A stretch of 64,000 nt of DNA from assembly GCF_009914755.1 (NCBI RefSeq), contig NC_060926.1. One strand, written 5' to 3'. The notes beneath the pieces were generated by a model. That model did no database searches. It saw only the letters and a program-made list of their open reading frames with translations, and was not told where the DNA came from. Below, one piece after another: positions 39,831 through 53,223 of this stretch. The position numbers and the translations under genes were made by a program. The DNA is from the human T2T-CHM13v2.0 reference genome, Homo sapiens. Within the stretch, counting starts at the first letter, position 1, and each line of letters opens with the position of its first letter.

Positions 39831-42802
39831 TAGAAGGCATACATTAACATGAGAGAAAGTATATCAATCCAAAAATGTCAAACACCTAGTCAGTATTCCC
39901 TTGTCATCTTATTATGAGACTATCTGACATTCAGCTCTATGCTAGACATATTACATATTTAATCTTCTCCTACACTTTTGTACCCTAAGTCTCTCATATT
40001 TCATTCATTTCAGATTCCTTAACTCCTCTCTCCTAATACTCGTTTTATAGTTTTATTTACATGATTTCTAGTATATATCATTACGAAGAGATTCCAAGGT
40101 AAATCTCTTGTTTTTTTAATTAAAAAATGAAAATATCATTTTGAGATAGTAACACATAAATATATTGTTACGTGCCCTAAATTAACATGAAGGAAAACAA
40201 CAGTAGTAAATGCAGGATAATGAAGTGATTCAAAGAACTTTTGGTATCCCCTTTTATAATTTAAACTTACATTTGATAAATCTATGATAAACGAAGCACA
40301 CACAGGACTCTTCCACTTATACTTCAAATTCTTAGATAGAAGAAAAAATAAATATGGTATATATAACTCACTTCAGAACTATGCAGGAAAATAAATCAGA
40401 GAACTCTCAGTAGACCAAAAAGTATGAGATATCCAGAAAGGAGACTGTATTAGATTTGAGAAGGAAGCCACAGCTAAATCTATGCACAGGGGAGGACTGT
40501 CAACCAAAAGGTGGCTGTGGCACTAAGTCTGTACCATACTGAGAAATGGTAGGCTCCTGATTTTTGGAATAGCAGTGAGCCCAGGGAGAAGTAACTCATT
40601 GCTAAGTTGGGACACAGCAGAGGAGCAATCAAGTATTCAAACCTGAAAATCTCCTGTTTATCTTCTGTGGTCTAGACAGCAAGGATATGAGTTTGGACTG
40701 GAGAAAACCAGTGAAGTATTCAGATGATTAGCAATGGTGAGGATGATCTGGGAACTCATTTCCAGGACACTCACTACTGAAATTGCTCTTTTTCAGTGTG
40801 TCTCACCATTCCCCCACTCTCACTAAAGACAGACTTATAGCACTGAGATAGCAAGAGTTAATAAAGTAAGTAGAGTGCAATATATATGTAACAGCAGAGG
40901 AATCTAAGAATCTAATCTAAGATTCCTAATCTAAAAGGGAGTCAAGCAGAAAAAAGTGAACAAAAAATTTGATCACTAATGTTTTTAAAAGAAACCCTCA
41001 ATAAATTCATAATTATAAAGACTGGTTGTCAGCAAGATGGGCTTTCTAGTGCTTGCTCCCCCACTGAAATAACAATTTGAACAACTATCCATGCATGCAA
41101 ATACCTTCAGAAGAGCTAAGGAAACTGAGTGTAGCATAGAAATAAGATGCATAGAAGACAGTTAAAAGGACAGACACTCTTTACATTACCCGCATCACTC
41201 ATTCCCCAACCCCAGCCCTCTTGGTGTGGAGACAGATACTCTCTACTTGGGGCAAGGAGAGAGAAGTGAGCCCTGGGTTTTGCCTCGGATCTGAACACTG
41301 GGTCCACCCCAGGAAAACCCAGTGTTGGGCAGGTTTCCAAAGCCTCAGACTCCAGGTTGGAATCTGCAGAGTGAGTCACAAGGCCTGCCCTGGTACCAGG
41401 ACAGATCCCTCAGCCTCAGGCTTCAAGCTTGCCAAGGGGACTTTATCTCTGGGCCCACCCCGTTGTTAGGCTGACCCCTGTGGCCCTAGGCCATGGACTG
41501 GTCCAGCATTAGACTGGTCCCAGCAGCCCTGGGCTTTGGGACTACCATAGACCAGGCCAGCCCCCGAGTCTCCATCTCTAGGCTGCCACCTGTGGACCCA
41601 GGCTGCAGGCCCACCCTAGGTTCCAGACCAGCTCCAAGCCAGGTTGGCCCATGCAACCCAGGCTTCAGGGCCACCCTGGCATCAGATCAGCACCCTTGAC
41701 CTCAGGTGCTAGGCTTTCGACTGTAGACACAGGCTCTAAGCCTGCCTGGTGCCAGGCTGGCCCCTGTGGCTCCATCCTCCAGGCTAGCCCTTGTGGTTGC
41801 ATATCCCAGCAGACTCAGCCAGGGTCTGGGACTGTTCCAGCTGATCCAGGGTCCAGGTCCACCTCAGTAGATTCCAGAAACTGGGCTTAGCCCCATGGAC
41901 CTAGGCTCCAGAACTGCTCCCATGCGAGGTTTCAGACTGGTCTCTGTGGCCCCAGAATTAAGGCCAGTGCTTGCAGACCTATCCTCTAGGATAGAACCCA
42001 AACACCCATGCCCAGCCTGGCCCCATGGATTCAGGCTCCAAGTTGGTCCCCAAAGCCCCAGGCTCCAGGCCTGCACCCATGATCTCAGCCCCCTGATTGG
42101 CTCTCACAGACTCAGACATCATGTCTTTCCCAGCACAGGTCAGCTATAGGCTCTAGGCTAGTTCCCATGGCATCAGGCTTTAATAGATTCAGGGTCCACA
42201 CCTGCTCCAGCACACCCAAGCTCTAGGCCCAGCCCTATGGACTGAGGCTCCAGGCCCACTCCAGCCTCAGGTCAGCCCTCACAGACTTAGGCTCCAGGCC
42301 TGTCCTAGTGCCTGGCTGGCCCCTGTCAGTTCAGGCACAAGACCCACTGCAGTGCCAGGTTAGCTCTGTTGGACCCAGGCTTCAGGCCAGCCCTCAGTGA
42401 TGTAGGTTCCAGACCCAATTCCACAGAACCTTTAACAGCTCCATGCCAGTGGATCCAGGCCCCAAGCTTACATTCAGGGACTCAGGCACCAGGTCTGCCC
42501 ATTGCATTGATGCAGTTACCAGGCCAGCTTACATAAGGACCCCAGCAGCAAGCCTGCCTGTGGACCATACCAAATGGTCTACTCAGAATTTCTGGATGGG
42601 CTGATTGGTGAAGGCTTACCCAAACAAAACTAGTCTGCAAAGACTGGAAAAGTCCTGGTTTCTTCAAATGTGCAGACATCAACTCATGCCACAAGGTTAA
42701 GAACAGTCATAGAAACATGACATCACATGATAAAATGAAGTTCCATTAACTGACACTAAAGAAATGCAGATGTATGAACCAACTGAAAGAGAATTAAAAA
42801 TA

Positions 42803-43216
42803 CGGTCATGTCACTTAAGGATGTAGATACTTTCTGAAAAATGTTCACTGTTAAGCAATTTCATCCTTGTATGAACATCATAGGGTGTACTTATGCAAAT
42901 CTAGAAGATATAGCCTACTATGCCCCTATAGTGTAGCTGATTGCTACATATACCTATATGGTATATATCAAATAGTATTTTGTGCCATATACCTATATGG
43001 TATAGCCTATTGCTCCTAGGCTACAAACCTGTACAGCATGTACATACTGACTATATGCAGAATACTATAGGCAGTTGTAACACAATGGTAAGTATTTGTG
43101 TATCTAAATACAGAAGAGGTACAGTGAAAATACTATATTATAATCTTATGGGACAGGACCACCATCATGTATTTGGTACACCATTAACCAAAATTTTGAT
43201 ATGCAACACATGACTG
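42803..43216 (+). mobile_element. Tigger3a (MER7A) MITE inserted in L1 ORF1
   Basis: TA|CGGTCATG ... CATGACTG|TA termini; GCTCCTAGGCTACAAACCTGTACAGCATG core. Confidence 0.9.
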
Positions 43217-44795
43217 TAATTGTTTTAGGAAAGCTCAGTGAAGTTGAAGAAAAAACAAAAATACAATCCAACAAAATTACAAAAATAATGGATTACTAAA
43301 ATAAATTTAAAAGAGAAGTCAAACTAATTTTTAAAAAACATAGAAATTATGGAGCTGAAAAATACAATTAATGAAATAAAAAATGCAATAGAGAGTGTCA
43401 GCAGCAGAGTTGTTCAAACAGAAAAAAAATCTGTAAACTTGAAGATAGGTTATTCGAAAATATACAGTTAGAGAACAAAACAAAACAAAAAATAAAAAGG
43501 AATGAAGAAATATTACAAGACTTATGGGACAACATCAGAAGAACAAATGTTCAAGTTATCAGAGTTCATGAGGAAGAAAAATACAAAGGGGAAGAAAATT
43601 TAAAGAATAAGAGAACATTTAAAGAAACTTATTTAAAGGAGAAGAAAAAGACAAAGGGGAAGAAAACTTTCTAAGCCTGGTGAGAAATAAATATCCAGGT
43701 ACAGAAAAATGAAAAATCTCTAATTAGATAAATCCAAATAAAAGTATACCAATATATATTATAATTAAGCTGTGAAAATCAAAGACAGAGAATCCTGAAA
43801 GCAACAAGAGAGAAGAAACATATCACACATAAGGGAGTTTCAAAGAGGCCAGCAGCAAACTTCTCAGCAGGGGCATTCCAGGCCAGGAGAGAGTGGTGTG
43901 GTAGCTTCAAAATGCTGAGGGAAAAAAACTGCCAACCAAGAATATTTTACCTGGAAGAGCTCTTCTTTAGAAATGAAAGAGAGATAAATACTTTTCAGGA
44001 CAAACAAAAGCTGAGGGAGTTCAGTACCACCAGACCTATCTTACAAGAATTGCTAAATGAAATTCTCAAAGCTTAAAGAAAAGGATGCTAATTACTACCA
44101 TGAAAACAGGAAAATATAAAATTCACTGGTAAAAGTAAATACACAGTCTAATTCAGAATATTCTAATCCTGTAATGGTGACATGTAAATCACCTGTATTT
44201 TCAGTATGAAAGCTAAAAGACAAAGCTATTAAAAAGTAGTAATAACTACAATAATTATTTAAGGATTACACAGTGTAAAAGGATGTAAATTATGACATCA
44301 AAAACATAAAATGTGAGTGATATGGTAAAAGTGTAGCATTTCTGTATGTAGTCAAAATTAATTTTATCAGTTTAAAATAGCCTTTTTTAACTGTAAGGTG
44401 TCTTGTGTAAGCCTGCTGGCAACCACAAAGCAAAACCTCTAGTAAATGCACAAATAAGAAAAAGTAGGGAATCAGAACATACTACCAGAGAAAATAATCT
44501 CAAAGGAAGACAGCAACAAAGGAAGAAAGGAACAAAGGATGTACAAAACAACTAGAAAAATATTAACAAAATGGCAGTAATAAATCGTTTCCTATCAATA
44601 ATTACCTTGAATGTTAATGGATTAAATTCTCCCATCAAAAGACATAGAGTGGATGAATGGATTAAAAAAAACAAGTCCCAACTATATGCTTTCTACAAGA
44701 AACTTATTTAATTTTTAAGTACACACACAGATTAAAAGTAAAAGGATGCAAAAAGAAATTCCATGTAAATGGAAACCAAAAGAGAGCAGAGGTAG

Positions 44796-45163
44796 TGCTG
44801 TGATTTGAAAATGTCCCCCAAATTTCATGTTGATAGCTCAGTCCCCAAATTCATATGTTTACTGGAGGTAGGGCCTTTGGGAGGTAATTAAGATTAGATG
44901 AGGTTATCAGGGTGAGGCCAATGAGATGGGACTGGTGTCTTTACAAGCAGCAGAAGAGAGACCGGAGCTAACACATTTGCTCTGTCTTGCCATGTGATGC
45001 CTCCCACCATTGTCATGATGTAGCAGGAAGGCCCTCACCAGATGCCAGCACCATACTCTTGGACATCTCAGCCTCTAGAACTGCGAGTTAAATAAACTTC
45101 TATTGTTTATTATTTACTTAGTGCATGGTATTCTGTTATAGTAACAGAAAATGGACTAGGACA
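44796..45163 (+). mobile_element. MSTC/MSTD-like solo LTR inserted in L1 ORF2
   Basis: TG...CA ends; TSD GGTAG/GGTAA; GAAGGCCCTCACCAGATGCC; AATAAA. Confidence 0.85.
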
Positions 45164-47460
45164 GGTAACTATACTTTTATCAGATAAAAGAGACATTAAG
45201 TCAAAAACTGTAAAATAAGAAAAATAAGGTCATTATATAATGACAAAGGGACCAATTCATCAATAAGATGTAAAATTTTTAAGTATATATGTACCAAACA
45301 GTGGAGCACTTAAATATATGAAGCAAATATTAATAGACCTGAAGAGAGAGATAGACTGTAGTACAATAATATTAGGGGACTTTGATACCCCACTTTCAAC
45401 AATGGACAGATTATCTAGACAGAAAACAATAAGGAAACATTGGACTTGAACTTCTGTTTAGACCAAGCGGACCAGACAGACATATAAAGAAGATTCTATC
45501 AAACAGCATCAGCATACACATTTTTCTCAAGTGCACGTGGAACATTCTCCATGATAGATCATATCTTAGATGATGATACAAGTGATAACAAATTTAAGAA
45601 GAATGAAGTCATTTCAAGTATCTTTTCCATTCACAGTGGTGTAAAACTGGAAATCAATCACAGGAGGAATTTTGGGAAATAAATATGTGGTAATTAAACC
45701 AACGGGTCAAAAAAGAAATTGAAAATTAAAAAATATCTTTAGACAAGTGAAAATGGAAGCACAATATACCAAAACTTATGGATTGTAGCAAAACAGTTCT
45801 AAGAAGAAAGTTTAGGGCAGTAAACAACTGTATCAAAAAAGAAAGAAAAAGAAGCAACCTAAAATTACACCTTGATGACTTAGTAAAAGAAGAAAATTCT
45901 AAGCCCAACTCAGTAGAAGGAAAAAAATAATAAAAATCAGTGCAAATAAATGAAATGGAGAATAGGACAACAATAACAAAGAGCAACAAACTAAGAGTTG
46001 TTTGTAGAAAAGCAAAATGAATCAACAAGCCTTTAAACTAAAAAACTCAAATAAAATCAGAAATGAAAGAGGAGAAACTACAACTGATACCATGGATATA
46101 CAAAGGATCATGAAAGACTGCTATGAACAACAATATAACAATAACTTGGATAAGGTAGAAGTAATGGACACATTTCTAGATATATTCAACCTACTTATGC
46201 TAAATCAGGAATCAACAGAAAATCTGAACAGACCAATAATGAATAATGAGATTGAATCAGTAATAAAATTTCTCCCATGAAGGAAAAGCCCAGGACTTAA
46301 TGCCTTCATTAATGGATTCTACCAAACATTTAGATAAGAATTAATACCAATTCTTTTCAATTTTTTTTTCCAAAAATTGAAGAAGAAAGAATACTTCCAA
46401 ACTCATTTTATGAGGCCAGCATTACCTCAATACCAAAGCCAGACAAAGTCACTGCAAGAAATGAAAATTACAGGCCAATATCCCTGATGTACATGGATGT
46501 AAAAATTCTCAACAAAATACTAGCATACTGAATTCAACAGCATGTTAAAAGAATCATTCACCATGATCAAGTGGGAATTTGTTTGGAATTCAAGGATGAT
46601 TATTCAACATATACGCATGTAATAATGTAATATAATACAACATAGTAACAGAATGAAATCCCTATGAAAACAGCAAAAGACCTTGAATAGCCAAAGCAAT
46701 CTAGAGCAAAATGAACAAAGCTGGAAGCATCACACTACCTGATTTCAAAATATACTACAAAGTTACAAAACAGGATGGTTCTGGCATAAAAGAACAGACA
46801 CATAAGCCAATGAAGCAGGATAAAGTGCCCAGAAATAAATTCCCACATTTACAGTTAATTGATTTTCAACAAAGATTCCAAGAACACACAGTGGAGAAAG
46901 GACAGTATCTTCAATAAACAGTGCTGGAAAAACTGGACAGTTGCATGGAGAAGAATGAAATTAGACTGTCATTTCATGTCACATACAAAAATAAAAAAAA
47001 ACTCAAAATGATTTAAAGACTCAAACATAAGACCTCAGACTATAAAACTACTAGAAGAAAACAAAGGGGAAAAGCCCTGTGACATTGGTTTGGGTAAAGA
47101 TTTATTAGATATATTCACAGAAGCAAAGGCAAGAGTAGGCAAATGGTATTACATCAAAAATAAAAGGCTTCTGGATAGCCAAGGAAACAATCAACAAAGT
47201 GAAGAGACAACCTATGGAACGGGAGAATGTATTTGCAAACCATAAATCTGATAAGGGGTTAATAGCCAAATATATAAGAAATTCAAAAAACTCAATGGCA
47301 AAGAAACAAATAACCCAATTAAAGAATGAGCAAATGACCTGAATAGACATTTCTCAGAAGAAAACATACAGATGACCAACAGGTATATGAAAAGATGCTT
47401 TCCTCATGACTAATCATGAGGAAAATGCAAATTAAAACCACAATGAGCTATCATCTCATT

Positions 47461-47572
47461 AGACGTAGGAAGAGCCCAAAGTGGCTATGTGGCAATCTTA
47501 ACTTCCAGTTTAATGGAATCATTGTTGTGTCCTCTGGAACTAAGACCTCTAGGTTAGCAGATGGAAGAGGTC
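47461..47572 (-). mobile_element. ERVL-int (HERV-L-like) fragment
   Basis: Minus strand encodes ..PEDTTMIPLNWKLRLP.., an ERVL dUTPase-region motif. Confidence 0.75.
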
Positions 47573-48071
47573 TGTGGGAGTTCACTCAGGCTGGTGGGAA
47601 ACATTTTAAAGATAGTTATAAGAAATAGGCACAGACCTTCATGGAAGGCTGGGAGGTTTGCATAAGCTCCAGTAATAGATCTGGCTGAAGGCAGCCTAAT
47701 CCTTACCTTGAGTAAATAACTTAAAGTAGATACAGAGGAATGTAAGGGAGTTTAGCTAAATAGCTTGTTTACTCATGTGGTCATAAGACCTACTTTTGAT
47801 TACCCTTGGGTGCATAATTGCTCTCTACTTGGGAGGTCGGCAATGTCAATTACCCTCTAGTGGTGTTTACTCAAGACCTTTGTCATTTAATCTATAGTGA
47901 ATAAATGTGAGCTTCACTGGCTGATCGGGGCATGGCTGTGACTCTTTACAGCACCCTTCTTGGTGTCTGTGAGTGCCCGGGACCCTCAGCCAGACTGACA
48001 AGCAAAATATCTGTGTCAGCGTATGTTATTCATCCATCGTTGGGTCAGGGTCTGTGGGACAGACCCCCGCA
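47573..48071 (+). mobile_element. LTR22-family solo LTR (HERV-K HML-5)
   Basis: TGTGGGAGTTCACTCAGGCTGGTGGGA...GGAAGGCTGGGAGG...GACCTTTGTCATTTAATC..AATAAA...CAGACCCCCGCA; TSD GAGGTC/GGGGTC. Confidence 0.85.
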
Positions 48072-48077
48072 GGGGTC

Positions 48078-48903
48078 CAGTAAAAACCTGTCACCAAGTA
48101 GCTGGCTGATCAGCCTGGATATGGTGCCATATCGAAGGCTTAGTGTTGGTCTCTGCTGCTGACAAATTGGGCACTCAGTGGTGGCCATAGCCAGGTCAGA
48201 CTTGATGAGTGGAAGTCCATGTTGCTGAGCCCATGCCTAACCTCCATCCCTGCCATCATGGCCACTTTGTTCACGAGTCCACTGGGTGATGAAAGGGGTG
48301 GCTGGGGAAATAGGCTGAGTGGTGTCCACAGAAAGGGTCATCCTACCCAGTTGATTATTAAAATCCTCCTCTTCTGAGGTCACCCTTTGTTGAGCATTCA
48401 CGTAAGATAACAAATATCTTCACTTTGTTTTTAACCACTAAGAGAATTTCATCCACATACCTCTTCCCCAAATGTCCTTGTTTCCAATTTTTCAATCATG
48501 TTTCTTGCAAGTTCCTGACCATCCAGCCAAACCATTGGCTACAGCCCATGAATCAGTATATAATCACACATCTGGCCATTTCTTCTTCTGTGCAAAGTGC
48601 ACAACAAGGTGCACTGCTCGAAATTCTGCCCACTGGGAAGATTTCCCTTCTTCTGTCCTTCAGGTATGTCCTAGAAAGGGGCTCTAGTGCTGCAGCTGTC
48701 CATTTTGGGGTGGCATCTGTGTATTGTGCAGAACCATCTGTAAACCAGGCCCTAGTCTTCTCTTCCTCTGTGAACTGATCATAGGGAACTCCCCGTGAGG
48801 CCATCAGTGCAGGCTCAGGGAGAGAAGGCAGGGTGGCAGGAGTGGATACCATGAGCCTTTGAACCACTTCCTTATGTAACTTACTTGTGCCTTCAGACCT
48901 GCT
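48078..48903 (-). mobile_element. ERVL-int pol remnant (RNase H/integrase region)
   Basis: ..VPYDQFTEEEKTRAWFTDGSAQY..WTAAAL.., a retroviral RNase H motif. Confidence 0.88.
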
Positions 48904-49408
48904 TAAGTTCACAATTCCGCTGAGCTGGGGAGGCCTCAGGAAACTTATAGTCATGGTGGAAGGGGAAGCAAACACATCCTTCTCATGGCAGTAGGAAGGG
49001 GAAGTGCCCAGCAAAAGGGGGAGAAGCCCTTATAAAACCATCAGATCTCGTGAGAACTCACTCACTTTCATGAGAATAGCAAAAGGTTAACCGCCCCCAT
49101 GATTAAATTACCTCCCACGGGTAATTTAATGCACGCCTACCCTTCCTTACCTTCATTGTGAAGTAATAGTGTGATTTCATCTTCACATCCGCTTCAGTGA
49201 CCCCAGCTAACACTGTAACTCTCTTCTTAGCCTGTTGACTCAGAGGTAGGAAGAGCCCAAAGTAGCTGGTGGCAATCTTAACTTCCAGTTTAATGGAATC
49301 ATTGTTGTGTCCTCTGGAACTCCCACGGTTTCCCTCCCATAACACCTGGTGATTATGGGAGCCACAATTGAAGATGAGATTTGGGTGGGGACACAGCCAA
49401 ACCATATC
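48904..49408 (-). mobile_element. THE1C/D-like LTR, partial and interrupted by an ERVL fragment (49131-49321)
   Basis: GCTGGGGAGGCCTCAGGAAACTTA...AAACCATCAGATCTCGTGAGAAC; resumes CCCACGG...GCCAAACCATATCA. Confidence 0.88.
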
Positions 49409-50014
49409 ACAAACCCTTTACGATACTGTTGAAGTGGTATTGGGCATCTTTTATCCACTTCCCTTGAGAGCACTCCGTATACTGCCAAGGAGACTTGAAG
49501 CCTTTTGAATTCCATTGTTCTTTCCAACTTTGCAAAATTATTTGAGTTCACCAATGAATTAAGCTATTTTAGTAACAAGTAGGTATGATTTCATGTGACA
49601 CAGGAATAAAGTCAATCACATATATTATTTAATGTATGACTTAAAACCCCACTCTTTAGTGCCTGCTTTGTTTCTGGTACTGATATAATTTGTACTTTCA
49701 TATGCTGTATCCAGAAACTCAACTCTTAAAAATAACTTACCAAATTTTTTTTAAAATCTTAAAAAATAACTTACCAAATCTATTCACAGTGCAGAGGAGA
49801 AAACTAAAGTCTAGAGGATTAAGTGATTTGTCCAAATACATTCAGCAATGTAACACTGGAGACAGTTAAACTCAGGCTCTTCCGATTGAAAATTGATCAT
49901 TTTTTCATAATACTTTTAATATATGTTATGATTTATGCATATTGCTGAAATTTTCAGAAATAATATGAGATGCATAAGAGTGCAGTCTAAGATGTGGCTT
50001 CTTCACATCACTCG

Positions 50015-50378
50015 TTGGGATCACTGGGTCAAATGGTGTTTCTAGTTCTAGATCCTTGAGGAATCGCCACACTGTCTTCCACAATGGTTGAACTAGTTTA
50101 CACTCCCAACAGTGTAAAAGCATTCCTATTTCTCCACATCCTCTCCAGCATCTGTTGTTTCCTGACTTTAATGATCGCCATTCTAACTGGTGTGAGATGG
50201 TATCTCATTGTGGTTTTGATTTGCATTTCTCTGCTGACCAGTGATGATGAGCATTTTTTCATGTGTCTTTTGGCTGCATAAATGTCCTTTTTTGAAAAGT
50301 GTCTGTTCATATCCTTTGCCCACTTTTTGATGGGGTTGTTTGATTTTTTGTTGTAAATTTGTTTAAGGTCTTTGTATA
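50015..50378 (-). mobile_element. L1PA internal fragment (ORF2 C-terminus)
   Basis: ..[21 protein letters not shown].. and ..[21 protein letters not shown].. Confidence 0.9.
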
Positions 50379-50755
50379 TATCTTAAGTATTTTTTAAAAT
50401 TCTCATTATGTGTGCAATTATTTTTCCTCCGAATATCAGTCTTTCCTAACAGCATGTAAGCTCCATTGGGGTATAGTTTATTTCTGCCTTGTTCTTTCCT
50501 ATCATAATGTCAGCCACAATATAAATTCCTAGTAAATAATGCTTACATAAGGAATTGAAAGATAGATGTGTTACTAATTGTAAAGGTTGGTTATTTATTG
50601 AGAGAGCTAAGGCTTACCCTTTTCATATAGGTGGGTTATTTTGTGTTTGTTAAGAGATGTTCCTATTTCAATTTTCTTGTTCAAAATGAATTTTTTAATG
50701 CATTAAAATAAAGTTAGTGTTGCCTTGTAAAAATGGGTTTAGTTGGAATGATTCA

Positions 50756-51058
<303 letters not shown>

Positions 51059-53158
51059 TCATTGATTGATTTGTATATATTTCTAGTTGATGGCCAGTTT
51101 TTAGTTTTTGTTATATGTCTTCTTTACTGAAATTTGGGTCATATTCTTTGCGAAGAAGCTACATGAATACTTTTAAAAATAGGAATATTAACCACAGTTG
51201 TGTTTCCATTTGACAAATAATTTTTATGATTTATTAGTATGAATCTAGCCAGCAGGCACTTGTTCTAAATCATAACACTTCAGTAATCTTCATTGGAAAA
51301 AAACATAAGTTGTGTATTTTTTAGAACTCAGTTTAGCAAGAATTGAGTAAAGGATTTGAAATATAAGATGCTTGCCCTCCCAGAGTGCTCAAAAGAATGC
51401 CGAAGCTGGAAAGGCTAACGTGTCAGTAGCTTGGCAATTCCCCTGAGAACTCCATACTATTAATCATTAAAGGAGTTTTTGTAATATGTCAGGGGCTTAC
51501 AATTTTGCTGTATTATGAAAACATTTTGTGACAGGAAGATAATTTCAATTTCTGTGTTAATGAATCTGTGTAAAAATTTTAATCACACAATTACAGAAAG
51601 AGTTCTGGTCTTTGGAAAACAAACTTTAGGTAATTAGAGTAATTTATAATTTCTTAAGTATAATTAATCTGCCTGGCTATTTTATAATTATAAGATGGGA
51701 TTTTAACAGTGAATAGGTGGTGTCTGAGGGCCCCTTTCAATGCCTTTGTATGAAATGATAATTTATGGCCTTATGGAATAATGTTATATCAAGAGTAAAT
51801 ATGTTTCCATGTAGAATGTCTTAAGATGTTAGAATGCATTGTTTAAAGATGATTTATAGCAGTATTTAAGAACTTAAGCAGCACTGGTTTCATTTCACAA
51901 TCCCAGAATTAGTTTACAAATACCTAAAATTCTTTACTATAGATTAATATGATACTGCTAATTTTCTTCAAAAGTCCTTTGGATCTTTTGCTAGAGAAAG
52001 GGGTGCATTTAAGGAAACTACACATTTCACAGATAAAGAGCACAATTTGGGGACTTAGAAAAAAAGATTATAGAATGAAGGCTACTTTGGTTCCTATATC
52101 TCAGGGCTAAGTAGAATGATATCTGATGAAATCTATTCCATCTCAGAAATAAAGCAACTTTATCTCAGAAGATTGCAGGGCTGTACATATCTGTCTGTGA
52201 AATGTAGCTGGAGATACTGAAAAGTTTAATGGTAATTCCTGGGGGTTAGTTTTTTGAAGACCCCCATATAATTTGGAGAGTGTGCCACTTACTCTGCGCC
52301 TTAGAAAATTAAAAAAAAAAAAGTAAGTTTGGGGAAAATGTTAACATCTGTTTAAATCTTTTGTCACTGTAGAGCAAAGCTGAAAAAAGGTATTGCAATA
52401 GGAGGCACAAATAGAAGAACCTTGAGTGTGATCTTAGAAAAGAAGACATGGATGAATATAGGTGAATTAGAATTGAAGCTGATGCCAATTTTCTGATTGT
52501 AAGTCCATCTTTTTCCATTATAGGATTAAAAGCACAAGATTGTTAAGACCTGAAAACACATACTAATTGAGTCCTGAAACTGAGTGTTAGAGTAATAATG
52601 AAAGGAAAATACTTTCATTATTTCAAAATACCCCAAGGTACCTTGGATTGAGTCCGATCATTCCCAGTTAAACATTAATTCCATTGTTTGCAGAGTGATA
52701 CAAGTAACCAAGATGCCCCAGTGCTCTGTTAGAAGATTGTTGATTGACAAAGCTCCTTTCTGCAAATGTTTTGCCCATTCTGTGACTAATTCATAAAAGT
52801 TTGTTTGTTTTATTTTTAACCAATGAAAAGAGAAGGAAACTATCATCTAGAATAAAGTGGGAATATACTTTAGAATTTTTATTAAATTTATCTTTCTAGC
52901 ATTTCTTATTAAGCAGTGTTTCCACTCTTCAAAATGAAATTCTTCTTAGGTGATTTTTCTTTCTTCCCCTCTCTCTTTTTCCTCCCTTGCTTCCTCCATC
53001 TTTTTTTCTCCCTTCCCCTGTCCCACACTACTTTCTTCTTTTTTCTCTTCCTTCTTTTGTTTTTCCTTTGGGGTGGGGTATTGTAGCCCTTTCAAAGTGA
53101 TGAAAATATTCTATGATTAGATTATGGTGATAGTTACACGACTTTGTAAGTATTCTAA

Positions 53159-53223
53159 AAATCATTGAATTGTACATTTTCAATGACTGAAATCACTGAA
53201 TTGTACATTTTCAATGACTGAAA
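53159..53223. repeat. 31-bp tandem duplication at the end of an L1M-like fragment
   Basis: AAATCA(T/C)TGAATTGTACATTTTCAATGACTG x2. Confidence 0.93.

Larger units (their letters stand above)
41024..47460 (+). mobile_element. Long decayed L1M (5'UTR with GC-rich CCAGGC repeats, ORF1, ORF2 with internal deletion, 3' end lost)
   Basis: CAAGATGG start; CCAGGCTCCAGGCC-type repeats 41350-42560; ORF2 start ATGGCAGTAATAAATC...TTGAATGTTAATGG at ~44571; ORF2 remnants to ATGAGCTATCATCTCA. Confidence 0.85.

Noticed and set aside
41350-42560. GC-rich repetitive block suggesting a CpG island, coding exon or repeat-spacer array
   Set aside because: CpG-poor degenerate CCAGGC repeats of an L1M 5' region; no constant repeat-spacer periodicity
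48553-49014. 153-aa ORF with an RNase H motif (WFTDGS)
   Set aside because: Chance read-through from a THE1 LTR into a frameshifted ERVL pol remnant; domain incomplete
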